Part shown: positions 45,140-53,555 of the stretch, in pieces
Numbering within the stretch: the stretch's first letter is position 1
Layout: every line of letters begins with the position of its first letter
Position numbers and translations under genes: made by a program
Source: a virus
Length of the DNA stretch: 64,000 bases
IMG/VR virus record: IMGVR_UViG_3300018080_005419
Strand: one strand, 5' to 3'
Notes under the pieces: model-generated
The model's input: only the letters and a program-made list of their open reading frames with translations
Databases searched by the model: none
Told to the model about the DNA's origin: nothing

Positions 45140-45436
45140 TTATTTTTCGTTTTCTTGTTTTTTAGGTGTCTCATCCCATATTGGTCCTTCATAATTTTTT
45201 AAATTTTTCACATAGGGACAATCATTTGGAAGGGCACGTATCTGTATTGCTTGTTCGACTGTCAAACATTGTGGCTTTTTCTTAAACCTATTTTTATATA
45301 CGATACATAAATTCGTTTCTTCATCTAAATATTCACAATGTTGTTTTGTGAATAAATGAATACCACATACTATAGTTTTAATATAGCAGCATTTACCACA
45401 TTTTCTACATAATTTAGGATTGTGCTTTTGCTTCAT
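45140..45436 (-). CDS. YkgJ/YcgN-like cysteine-cluster protein
   Basis: CRKCGKCC...CEYLD...CIVYKNR...LPNDCPY. Confidence 0.75.
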   Translation of the reverse strand: MKQKHNPKLCRKCGKCCYIKTIVCGIHLFTKQHCEYLDEETNLCIVYKNRFKKKPQCLTVEQAIQIRALPNDCPYVKNLKNYEGPIWDETPKKQENEK

Positions 45437-45655
45437 TTTCTCTTATTTTTAACTTCTTATGCATATTCTTCCATCTTGTTTTTCTTAATAACCTCCCTAT
45501 GTAGAAATATTTGATTGCATGTTTTACATTTATACCACACATACAAAACACTTCCTTCCTGCTGTCTTTGATATTCCTCTAAATTTTCAAAATCGTGACA
45601 ACAATCTTTATTAAACATATCCACATTCATTTAAAAATTTCACTTTCTAAAAAAT

Positions 45656-45711
45656 ACCACTACGATGCTATACATTACATTCAATTCTAGTTACGCTCGG
45701 TTACGTTTCTA
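45656..45711 (-). repeat. Pentamer-periodic array A, directly after the RAMP-like operon
   Basis: TAGAA ACGTA ACCGA GCGTA ACTAGA ATTGA ATGTA ATGTA TAGCA TCGTA GTGGT (one 6-nt unit). Confidence 0.65.
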
Positions 45712-45714
45712 GAG

Positions 45715-46224
45715 TCACTTTCTCTTAAGAGTAATCAATCCTGGCGTTTTCCTTGCTGTTGCTTCTAACCTAAATTCAGCCTTAGTTCTCAAAACAGCCT
45801 GAAGAACTTTGCTCTGAAACATAACCGTTCTATTGTGTTCTTCTCTTGTTTCTTCTTCTAGTTCATTAGCAGCTACATGCATATTTTTCTCATGTGTCCT
45901 GGCTAAACCTGCAACATGACAATTAAATCTTTTTCGATTATATTCAGATGCTTCTTCGTGTGTTAAAATTTTAATTTGACCTTCTCGAATACAAATAGTT
46001 GCATACATATCTCGCGCTTTAAGTTCAGCATCTAACAATTGCATAAAACGAATTTGTTTAAACTTAAAGTCTTCGTCTTCTTCTTTAACACCGTAATATT
46101 CTTCAATAACAGAATTAGGGATAATCTGGCCAAAATCACAAGAACTAAAATCCATAGGCCATTTTTCATGACCAGTTACATCAACAACACCATCTCTTTG
46201 CTTAATAGAAGGGGGTGGGGCCAT
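45715..46224 (-). CDS. Hypothetical partner of the RAMP-like gene
   Basis: 169-aa ORF between the RAMP-like gene and array A. Confidence 0.65.
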   Translation of the reverse strand: MAPPPSIKQRDGVVDVTGHEKWPMDFSSCDFGQIIPNSVIEEYYGVKEEDEDFKFKQIRFMQLLDAELKARDMYATICIREGQIKILTHEEASEYNRKRFNCHVAGLARTHEKNMHVAANELEEETREEHNRTVMFQSKVLQAVLRTKAEFRLEATARKTPGLITLKRK

Positions 46225-46256
46225 GTTTTTTCTCCTTTATTATGTTAATTCCTTTA

Positions 46257-46853
46257 TTATGTTAATTCCTTTGCCTCTTCCAATTCAAATCTTCCATACT
46301 TTGGTCGCCAATCACTAAGACCAATAATACGACCAGCAGTAGAAACAAAACCTGCAATTTGTTCACCATCCAAAATATCAGGAAGATAATGAACAGTAAA
46401 ATTGATACTCCACTCCCTAAAAATAGGTCTTGTTCTCATTACTCTCGACCTATTTACAACTGCTGGAACTCTTGAAACAAAAGGATTGTTAGGAAACTTT
46501 TTAAATCCCCAAAGCCCCTCAGCATTCTTAGGACCTTCATACTCAATAGTACAATTATCATGCACAAAAAGACCAGCCTTTGCCGATGGACCCTGTTTTG
46601 ATTTCTTGGCTGCCGCAATCAACATAGCCTCAACATTTTCACTAGGCCAACACGGTCTGCCTTTATCATCCAAATATAACCCTGAATGCCATTCAATTCT
46701 TGCCAATTCCATATGATCATCATCTGTCTTATTCTTTTTAGACGAGATTTTCTTCATGTCTTTGGCAAATGGATTAAGAGGATCAGCAGTTTGACCATTG
46801 CACATAATGGTCGGTACAACACCTTTGATTCTAAATTGCATTGACTTATACAT
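46257..46853 (-). CDS. Stand-alone RAMP/Cas7-like protein
   Basis: Start MYKSMQFRIKGVVPTIM; WPSENVEAMLIAAAK, RVMRTRPIF and the C-terminal Gly-rich loop GRIIGLSDWRPKYGRFEL. Confidence 0.65.
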   Translation of the reverse strand: MYKSMQFRIKGVVPTIMCNGQTADPLNPFAKDMKKISSKKNKTDDDHMELARIEWHSGLYLDDKGRPCWPSENVEAMLIAAAKKSKQGPSAKAGLFVHDNCTIEYEGPKNAEGLWGFKKFPNNPFVSRVPAVVNRSRVMRTRPIFREWSINFTVHYLPDILDGEQIAGFVSTAGRIIGLSDWRPKYGRFELEEAKELT

Positions 46854-46955
46854 TCTTCTTCTCCTTTTCTTTCCTAAAATAGGCAAACACAAAAACAACT
46901 GACTATATCATTATAGTCATGTCGGAAAAGAAAAAGAGGTAAAAACTGAAAATAT

Positions 46956-47183
46956 TTAGGAGGAAAGTTGCTGATCTAACCAAATTCTTAGAAAATCTCT
47001 ATCTTTGTAATCTGGATCTACGAGTTTGAAATTGATTCCCATCTTTGTCAAAATATTATTCATACAATACTTATGGAAACTCTCATATGCCATGTCGAAA
47101 TTCTTGTCATTAAAATCCATCAAAATTAACTCATCCTTTTTAGTAGGATGTTTAAGCATATCGAAATAGTCTATTGTTTTCAT
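46956..47183 (-). CDS. Small hypothetical protein
   Basis: 75-aa ORF. Confidence 0.45.
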   Translation of the reverse strand: MKTIDYFDMLKHPTKKDELILMDFNDKNFDMAYESFHKYCMNNILTKMGINFKLVDPDYKDRDFLRIWLDQQLSS

Positions 47184-47192
47184 TTTAAATTC

Positions 47193-47663
47193 TTATTGCA
47201 CTAATGCCAAACAAAATTGTTCTTTCTTTTGTAGAAGTCCAGAAGCTATTGTTTTAATTGGATATAAATGTTTTTCTTCCGTATAAGAAGCGTCATCAAC
47301 AAAGATTACATTAGGATTGAAATTGCCAATAGATTGAGTTGAATTGGCACTACGAGAATTAATAAAACGTTTGGAAATAGACACTGATGGGTTCAATTTT
47401 CCTATAACATTGTCAATTACGTCTTGTTGTCTCATACAAATAACAAATTTATTGTTATATTTATTTAATGCCAAATCCAATATTGCAGAGGTCATTCCGC
47501 ACCTTCTTGTTCCTGCAATTTTAACAGTCCCATATTCCCTTAAAAAATGCATCGGTTCCATTCTGTCTTTATTTTTAATGCAGTTTTCTTCCAACTGCAT
47601 TAATAAACAAGCTTCGATCATATTTTCTAACGATTGTCTCGATCTTTCCCAAATTTCTTTCAC
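47193..47663 (-). CDS. Degenerate P-loop-like hypothetical protein
   Basis: GTG start after AAGGAG; GTRRCGMTS and IFVDDAS resemble Walker A/B-like elements. Confidence 0.45.
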   Translation of the reverse strand: MKEIWERSRQSLENMIEACLLMQLEENCIKNKDRMEPMHFLREYGTVKIAGTRRCGMTSAILDLALNKYNNKFVICMRQQDVIDNVIGKLNPSVSISKRFINSRSANSTQSIGNFNPNVIFVDDASYTEEKHLYPIKTIASGLLQKKEQFCLALVQ

Positions 47664-47680
47664 TATATCTCCTTTTGGAA

Positions 47681-47768
47681 TGGCGGAGAGTGAGGGATTC
47701 GAACCCCCGGTACATTGCTGTACACAGGTTTTCAAAACCTGCGCCTTCGACCACTCGGCCAACTCTCC
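47681..47768 (-). tRNA. trnS: tRNA-Ser(UGA)
   Basis: CAGGT-TT TGA AA-ACCTG; long variable arm; G73; CCA encoded. Confidence 0.95.
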
Positions 47769-47976
47769 ACTTCTTATTACTTTTGGTCCGGATATACGCA
47801 AATTCTATGTATCTCACCACAAGCTTTGCATCTATATTCTAACACTTCGCTACCTGTTGGTTTAACCAATTGATTATTTTCGCTCTCTTCAAAATAGCCA
47901 TTAAAATAAAACTGATTACATTCACACTTTTGACACTTAAACATATTATCCATTTAACTTTCCTTTCTCTGAGAAG

Positions 47977-48195
47977 TTAATCTTCAAGGGGACAATCTTT
48001 AAGAATTTTCTTCATCAATTTTATTTCATCAACATCAATACCCAAAGCACTTGAAATTCTTTGAGCTTTATCTTTTATTTTTTTAGGAGCATACAAACAA
48101 GCAGCTACTCCATCCAAAGAAGATTGAATTTCTTTTATATCTTCTTTAATTTGATTTAGTTTATTTTTGATCTCATGTTGCTGTTCTTTGTTCAT
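47977..48195 (-). CDS. Small coiled-coil protein
   Basis: 72-aa ORF. Confidence 0.45.
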   Translation of the reverse strand: MNKEQQHEIKNKLNQIKEDIKEIQSSLDGVAACLYAPKKIKDKAQRISSALGIDVDEIKLMKKILKDCPLED

Positions 48196-48413
48196 TTTTC
48201 TCTTCTTAATATTCTTCCTCTGGTCAAATCATAAGGCGTAATCTCAAGATCTACTTTATCACCAGGAATGACCCTAATAAAGTTTTTTCTCATTTTTCCA
48301 CAAAGATGAGCAAGAACAATATAATCTTGATCATCTATCTTTACCTTAAACATAGCATTTGGTAAAGCTTCAATTACTTTTCCTGTTACTTGAATTCCCT
48401 CTTCTTTTGCCAT
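48192..48413 (-). CDS. infA: Translation initiation factor IF-1
   Basis: [24 protein letters not shown]...[19 protein letters not shown]...PYDLTRGRI. Confidence 0.95.
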   Translation of the reverse strand: MAKEEGIQVTGKVIEALPNAMFKVKIDDQDYIVLAHLCGKMRKNFIRVIPGDKVDLEITPYDLTRGRILRREK

Positions 48414-48439
48414 TATGCTCCACTTCCTAATTTTAAATT

Positions 48440-48514
48440 TGGTTACCCCGCTAGGACTTGAACCTAGAAAAATAGACCCAAAATCTATTGTGTTGCCAAT
48501 TACACCACGGGGTA
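48440..48514 (-). tRNA. trnQ: tRNA-Gln(UUG)
   Basis: ATAGA-TT TTG GG-TCTAT; U1:A72; CCA encoded. Confidence 0.92.
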
Positions 48515-48530
48515 ACATCCTTTCATAAAT

Positions 48531-48569
48531 AAAAAGAGCCTCAACTTCCAATTTAGCTAAGGCTCTTTT
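48531..48569 (-). terminator. Probable terminator after hsp20
   Basis: AAAAGAGCC...GGCTCTTTTT inverted repeat. Confidence 0.5.
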
Positions 48570-48594
48570 AAAAGACAAATTTTAGAATCTATAT

Positions 48595-49023
48595 TTAGCT
48601 AATAGAGATTCTCCTTGTCTTATTGGCCTCAGATTTTGGAAGCTTGATCAACAGAATACCATCTTTTAACTCTGCTTCAGCCTTATCAACATCTACATCT
48701 GGTAAAGAGAGCGAGCGAGAGTAAGATGAGCAAAACTGTTCATCAACAATAATCTTTTCTTTTTCTTTCCTTTCTTTTTCTTTCTTCTTTGCTTTCAGAG
48801 TTAGCATACCCTGTTCATACGAAATGTCCACTGATTTTTTATCAATTCCTGGCATTTCGGCACTAATTTCATATCCATCCTCATTCTCTACTATTTTAAC
48901 GGGTGGCGCTACTTCATTAAACAAAAAACCGGGCCATTTTTTTAAACCTTTCTCAAATAAATTGTCAAAATCATTCCAAACAGTTGACGGACTACTATTT
49001 CTTCTTTGCATTAAACCGTACAT
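48595..49023 (-). CDS. Small heat shock protein Hsp20
   Basis: AEMPG...ISYEQGMLTL...YSRSLSLP...AELKDGILLIKLPK alpha-crystallin motifs. Confidence 0.9.
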   Translation of the reverse strand: MYGLMQRRNSSPSTVWNDFDNLFEKGLKKWPGFLFNEVAPPVKIVENEDGYEISAEMPGIDKKSVDISYEQGMLTLKAKKKEKERKEKEKIIVDEQFCSSYSRSLSLPDVDVDKAEAELKDGILLIKLPKSEANKTRRISIS

Positions 49024-49129
49024 GATTTTCCTCCTTTATCAAAACTTAAACAAAACGCTTATATCTATGACAATATTCGTGCCAAAATAAAAGTGTTGAT
49101 ATATAAGGATTTACAAAAACAGGAGGGTT

Positions 49130-50035
49130 CTAAACCATGTCATTTTGACCTAATTCTTTTTCGGTATCTTTTCTTAACTCTGACAAAATGCTATTAAAAT
49201 AAGAGAATAAATAAAAGAAAATAAGACTGATTCCGATAAAGGCTATTCCACAATCAAAAATTAAGAACATCAATGAAAAAAGCACAAACAGAATTCTCAA
49301 TATGTTAATAAAGAAAATTGCTTTATCCCATTTTTCTAGTTCTGATTTTAAAAATAAATTTAGTTCTTTTTTGTTAGATAAAGCATGAAAACTACCGTTC
49401 TTGTCCATTACACTGCTTTTCTCGCCCTTGCTATCCATTATTTTTGGTTTACATCATCTACGACTTCTTTAACTAATTCTTCCGGCGTTTTCTTTAGATC
49501 TTCTTCTGTTAAACCAAAGCTTATCCATTCATTATTCAAAAGAAAACTAAATACCAACTTATCTTTCAAATCTCCATAGACTCCATATGTTATATTTGCT
49601 TTGGCATTCCTTTTATTTGGGAAATTCTTATCGATTTCTTGCAGTATACTTCTTGTCCAATCTAATCCAGGTTTTATTTCTGACATTTTAATCCCCCAAC
49701 TTATAGATTTGGTTAATTTCCATTTGATCTATATTGCCAAGTGTTTTAAACAAAGGATCATTTATAATTTCATCAATATTTCGAATTGCAGAAACAACTT
49801 TTCCTTGGTCATAATATGGATAGCCATTTTCATATTGAGAATTTGTTGCGTCGAAAATCTCACCATTGACAATATTCCAGAAATGGTGCGTTTCTCCTTC
49901 TTTTAGTCCAGGTCCCATCATCAAAGGAACACCAAAGATCAGAGAAATAGTCCCAGAATAGAAAAAACAATGGTCTATCGGATGTTTTACGTTTTCTTCT
50001 GCCCATTCTACAACTTCTTCTAGAACAGTCACCAT
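49130..50035 (-). CDS. Three small hypothetical ORFs (49130-49438 membrane, 49438-49686, 49688-50035)
   Basis: Abutting ORFs in the main orientation. Confidence 0.5.
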
Positions 50036-50046
50036 TTTGTTTCCTC

Positions 50047-50373
50047 TTATTCAATACGGCGAACATTGGAAATTGGTATTGGCTTGAAAACTGAAAATTG
50101 CCAACATATCATTCCCGGAGGAGGATCAAATCCGTAATTATCATAAATTTCACCATCCTCATCTTTAACTCCTATGCCTCTTGGTTCATATTCTACTTCT
50201 AATAAAACAGGACCATAACCATCAGAAGGCATACATTCTTTAGGAGAGAAATAAGTATAGCGATAACCTCCTATTTTGATTTTATTACCAGGATGACCGT
50301 GTACTCCCCACAATACCCCTTCTTCTTGTATTTCTTTCCATACTTTTTCTGTTGTACGATGATAAAATTTCAT
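50047..50373 (-). CDS. Small ART-fold-like protein
   Basis: FYHRT...IQEEG...YTYFSP...VLLEV pattern. Confidence 0.4.
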   Translation of the reverse strand: MKFYHRTTEKVWKEIQEEGVLWGVHGHPGNKIKIGGYRYTYFSPKECMPSDGYGPVLLEVEYEPRGIGVKDEDGEIYDNYGFDPPPGMICWQFSVFKPIPISNVRRIE

Positions 50374-50415
50374 AGTTTAAAAATTTGCAGGAACTCGAAC
50401 AAGAAAATTACTTGC

Positions 50416-50655
50416 TTAGCTCAATTGTTTCATTAACTCACTGATCTTTGTCACAGCCTCATCAGCCAAAATGTTGCATGTATTATCTTTGACTGTTTTG
50501 AGAACTGAGACACATACTTCAATGTTTCTTCTTACGATTTCTTGTTCTGTTGCTCTTTTGTCTCTTTCAATTGTGGATTTTCTATCTTCAACATCTAACT
50601 CCAACAATTGAAGTTCTAAAAGTTCCGTTTTTTCTTTTATCTCAGACTGTTTCAT
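50416..50655 (-). CDS. Small coiled-coil protein
   Basis: Start reassigned to MKQSEIKEK; the longer track ORF runs through tRNA-Pro. Confidence 0.5.
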   Translation of the reverse strand: MKQSEIKEKTELLELQLLELDVEDRKSTIERDKRATEQEIVRRNIEVCVSVLKTVKDNTCNILADEAVTKISELMKQLS

Positions 50656-50735
50656 TTTCTTTCTCCTCTTGCACTGAACCCCCAATGCAATTCGTGGTAA
50701 AAACAAAAAGAAAGTCCGAGTTCCTGCATAAAATT

Positions 50736-50814
50736 TGGTCAGGGTGAAGGGATTTGAACCCCCGAATCCTCTTGCTCCCAAAGCAAGCGCTCTACCAAAC
50801 TGAGCTACACCCTG
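50736..50814 (-). tRNA. trnP: tRNA-Pro(UGG)
   Basis: CTTGC-TT TGG GA-GCAAG; C1:G72, A73; CCA encoded. Confidence 0.95.
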
Positions 50815-51461
50815 ATTTTCTTCCATTCCTTTTCTATAATATCCATCCAAGCTTGCAATTTGGCTCTTAAATAGGTATCTCCAACTCGAACAGTTAAGAG
50901 TCCATACTTAGAAGTCCAGTTTCTTCCACTTAAATTACCACTATTTGATTTTCGTATAGTGTTAATGTCACATTCCTTGATCTTTAAAAGTTTTGCCCAA
51001 TATTTCTTTAATTCTTCCTCATCTTGATCAATATGCATTTGTAGTCTAAATAATATCTTTCTGTTTTTATTTTTCAGTTCTTTTATCCATTTATAAGCAA
51101 TACTCACTATAACAGGATTAGAATTCGCTATAGCAACAGCATTTCTATTCTTTCTATAACCTTCTGTTATATATAAAATTATAAAATCTCTAAATGTTGG
51201 TTTAAAGAATAATTCATTAGCTAGTTCTAGTCCTTGTTGATACGCTTCCTCTCGCAATTTTTTGTACTTTTTATGAGAAATTTTCCCGGCAGCTATCGCC
51301 GCTTTACTTCTTTTCTTTGTCCACTTTAATGGCTTAGTATCCCTAATCCAATAATACACAGTTCCCTTCTTCATACATAGACGTTCGCATATATCGTCTA
51401 ATGACATTCCCTTTTCGCGAAGCTTAATTGCCTTTTCTCTTAGATGGTCATACTTTTTCAT
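50805..51461 (-). CDS. HTH plus LAGLIDADG-like endonuclease, tRNA-adjacent
   Basis: N-terminal HTH (GMSLDDICERL...KGTVYYW), then LYITEG...AIANSNP...YG; paralog of 60456-61121. Confidence 0.6.
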   Translation of the reverse strand: MKKYDHLREKAIKLREKGMSLDDICERLCMKKGTVYYWIRDTKPLKWTKKRSKAAIAAGKISHKKYKKLREEAYQQGLELANELFFKPTFRDFIILYITEGYRKNRNAVAIANSNPVIVSIAYKWIKELKNKNRKILFRLQMHIDQDEEELKKYWAKLLKIKECDINTIRKSNSGNLSGRNWTSKYGLLTVRVGDTYLRAKLQAWMDIIEKEWKKIRV

Positions 51462-51511
51462 TTTATACCTCCGGTCTAATAAAAGAATCTATATAGACCG
51501 GAGGTATAAAA
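51461..51511 (-). promoter_or_regulatory. 18-bp perfect hairpin occluding the RBS
   Basis: TTTTATACCTCCGGTCTA / TAGACCGGAGGTATAAAA covers GGAGG and the A of the start codon. Confidence 0.8.
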
Positions 51512-51524
51512 GAATTATAAATAA

Positions 51525-51584
51525 CCCCATCCAGTACATTCTTCTACGTTTCTTTACCCTGCTCTGCCCTCCTATACAATCCTC
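51525..51584 (-). repeat. Pentamer-periodic array B, (NN-GNA)n
   Basis: GAGGA TTGTA TAGGA GGGCA GAGCA GGGTA AAGAA ACGTA GAAGA ATGTA CTGGA TGGGG; A ends 11/11 units and G is at position 3 in 10/11. Confidence 0.8.
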
Positions 51585-51587
51585 TTA

Positions 51588-52568
51588 TTAATAACTAGAA
51601 GATCCAGGCACAGCACCGTAACGCTTCACAACTTTCCTAACAGCCTCTTTATTACAATCAGTTACTGGAATCTTACGCCAAACATCAACAGCAGGCGTTA
51701 CAACAATTTGCTTTTCTACCACCTTATATTTAGCCGGTACATCAATACGACGAGTGTTAGCTGGAGCAATTTTTACCATCTTTTTAATAGTTTTAGTCAC
51801 AGCTGGAACATCAACATATTCTACTTTTTGAGGAGTAACAATTGATTTGTTTAAAAGCACTCTAGATTGAACCGGAATCTTTTTTATTCTGGCTTCTTCG
51901 ATAAGTTTCTTAACAGTAATTGTCTTTGTAACAGCTTGAATCTTAATCTTTTCAATAGAACCAGGAGTTACAAGCACTTTCTTTGTATATTTTGCTTCCT
52001 TAGCTTTTGCATTTAGCTTGATATAACATTCTCCTTTTGTTTCTCCATCTTTAACAACACTTGAAGCAGGACAGTCAAATGAATCTACTTCTGATCTGGC
52101 AGGAGCAACAATATATTTTTCTTCTGTCTCTTTAAATACAGGCTCTTTAACAACAAGCTTTTCATATGCAGGAACAACAACAACTTCTTCTTGAACTGTC
52201 TTGTATTTAGCAGGAATAAATTTATATTCAAATGTTTCACGTACCTCAAAATCTCTAGATGCGCTCATTTCTACTTCCGAAACTACCGGCTTTTTATATG
52301 CTGGAACTAATACAATTGTTTCTTCTTTCCATTTATATTTTGCTGGGACATTTTGCATATAGAAAGTTGCCTCTTTTACTTTTACTCTATCTTTAACTGT
52401 TTCCATTACAGCAGGCTTTGTTACCAAACACCAAACATATCCTTCTTCTGGAGTCGGGGGTTTTGCGCCTTCCTTAAATGGAATCTCTGTTACTTCTGCA
52501 GCATTAGCAAAAACTGTAATAACAAATGCAAATAAAATACCACAAATAACTCTTGCTACCTTCATCAC
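51588..52568 (-). CDS. Secreted protein with V..PA.Y repeats
   Basis: Signal peptide; repeated VPAYK/VPAKY/EKVLV-like units. Confidence 0.6.
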   Translation of the reverse strand: MMKVARVICGILFAFVITVFANAAEVTEIPFKEGAKPPTPEEGYVWCLVTKPAVMETVKDRVKVKEATFYMQNVPAKYKWKEETIVLVPAYKKPVVSEVEMSASRDFEVRETFEYKFIPAKYKTVQEEVVVVPAYEKLVVKEPVFKETEEKYIVAPARSEVDSFDCPASSVVKDGETKGECYIKLNAKAKEAKYTKKVLVTPGSIEKIKIQAVTKTITVKKLIEEARIKKIPVQSRVLLNKSIVTPQKVEYVDVPAVTKTIKKMVKIAPANTRRIDVPAKYKVVEKQIVVTPAVDVWRKIPVTDCNKEAVRKVVKRYGAVPGSSSY

Positions 52569-52787
52569 TTTCTCCTTGAAACAAAAAATTAAACGTTTTG
52601 TTTATCCTCTAAAATTGTAATCCTGTATATTTCCTTGCACTTAAAACACTTATAGCCCAAGGTTGAAACTACAAATTGATTATTGCTATCCTTTTCTTCT
52701 TCTACGTATCCTATCCAAAAGAAATGCTCAGAGCCACACATTTCACATTTTAAACTCTTCATTAAACCTCTCTTTCTAAAAATTTAA

Positions 52788-52837
52788 ACCGTTCGTCTAC
52801 GTTTCTCTACAATCGAGTGCTATACTCTACTATCTTG
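52788..52837 (-). repeat. Pentamer-periodic array C, (NN-GNA)n
   Basis: CAAGA TAGTA GAGTA TAGCA CTCGA TTGTA GAGAA ACGTA GACGA ACGGT, overlapping the stop codon of 52830-53555. Confidence 0.7.
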
Positions 52838-53555
52838 CTCCTTTTTTAAAATCCCTATTTTGCATATTCTGTTCCCATTCTTCGATCCCTATCATTTCAT
52901 GTCTCAACAGTCTTCCTACTTCATGATTAGGATAAAAGTCCAACATTTCCTCGCAACAATACTCAAGTAACACTAAAAGATCAATTCTAAATTTATCGTC
53001 TTTTGTGTCGCCATTCCAAAAACTTTGCCTTATATGAAACTCTAATAGCTCTTTTCTTTTGTCGTTGTACTTCTCTTCTAGTTCAGTTGTTGCATTTTCA
53101 CCGTTTATTTGCCAATCTAATATTTTTGTTATTTCTCTTTCTGGAAATTGACTCTTTAATAGGTTAAGACAAAATATCAAAGATTTCTTAATTCTTTTGA
53201 CAGCTAGTGTTTCCGTCAGGTCATAATCTTCCCACTCAAACATCTCTCCAATTTCATCGTCTAAATCGGCCTCAAATATATCTAAAGCTTCCCAGGCAAA
53301 ATCATGCGTATCATTATCAACCCAAATATATTTTTCAGCCTCAATAGACTCAGCAAAACCCTCAATGCCGAAATTGTCCATAATTGTATAACCAGCAATA
53401 CACGGATCACCTCTCCAATCTTCCTCTCTTACATTCCATCCATTCTTGGGCAAAATTTCCAATATTTGCTTAATTTGCCACGGAGTAAGATGCTTCTTTT
53501 TAACTGTAAAAGAAGCAGAACTAGAATTACTGACAAATCCAAGTCTAATTTTCAT
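52830..53555 (-). CDS. Hypothetical protein with N-terminal GFVSNSSS motif
   Basis: MKIRLGFVSNSSSASF, a motif I recognise from uncharacterised phage proteins. Confidence 0.6.
   Translation of the reverse strand: MKIRLGFVSNSSSASFTVKKKHLTPWQIKQILEILPKNGWNVREEDWRGDPCIAGYTIMDNFGIEGFAESIEAEKYIWVDNDTHDFAWEALDIFEADLDDEIGEMFEWEDYDLTETLAVKRIKKSLIFCLNLLKSQFPEREITKILDWQINGENATTELEEKYNDKRKELLEFHIRQSFWNGDTKDDKFRIDLLVLLEYCCEEMLDFYPNHEVGRLLRHEMIGIEEWEQNMQNRDFKKGAR

Noticed and set aside
49068-49090. sigma54-like promoter upstream of hsp20 (TGGCACG-N4-TTGT)
   Set aside because: The essential -12 GC is GT; insufficient support.
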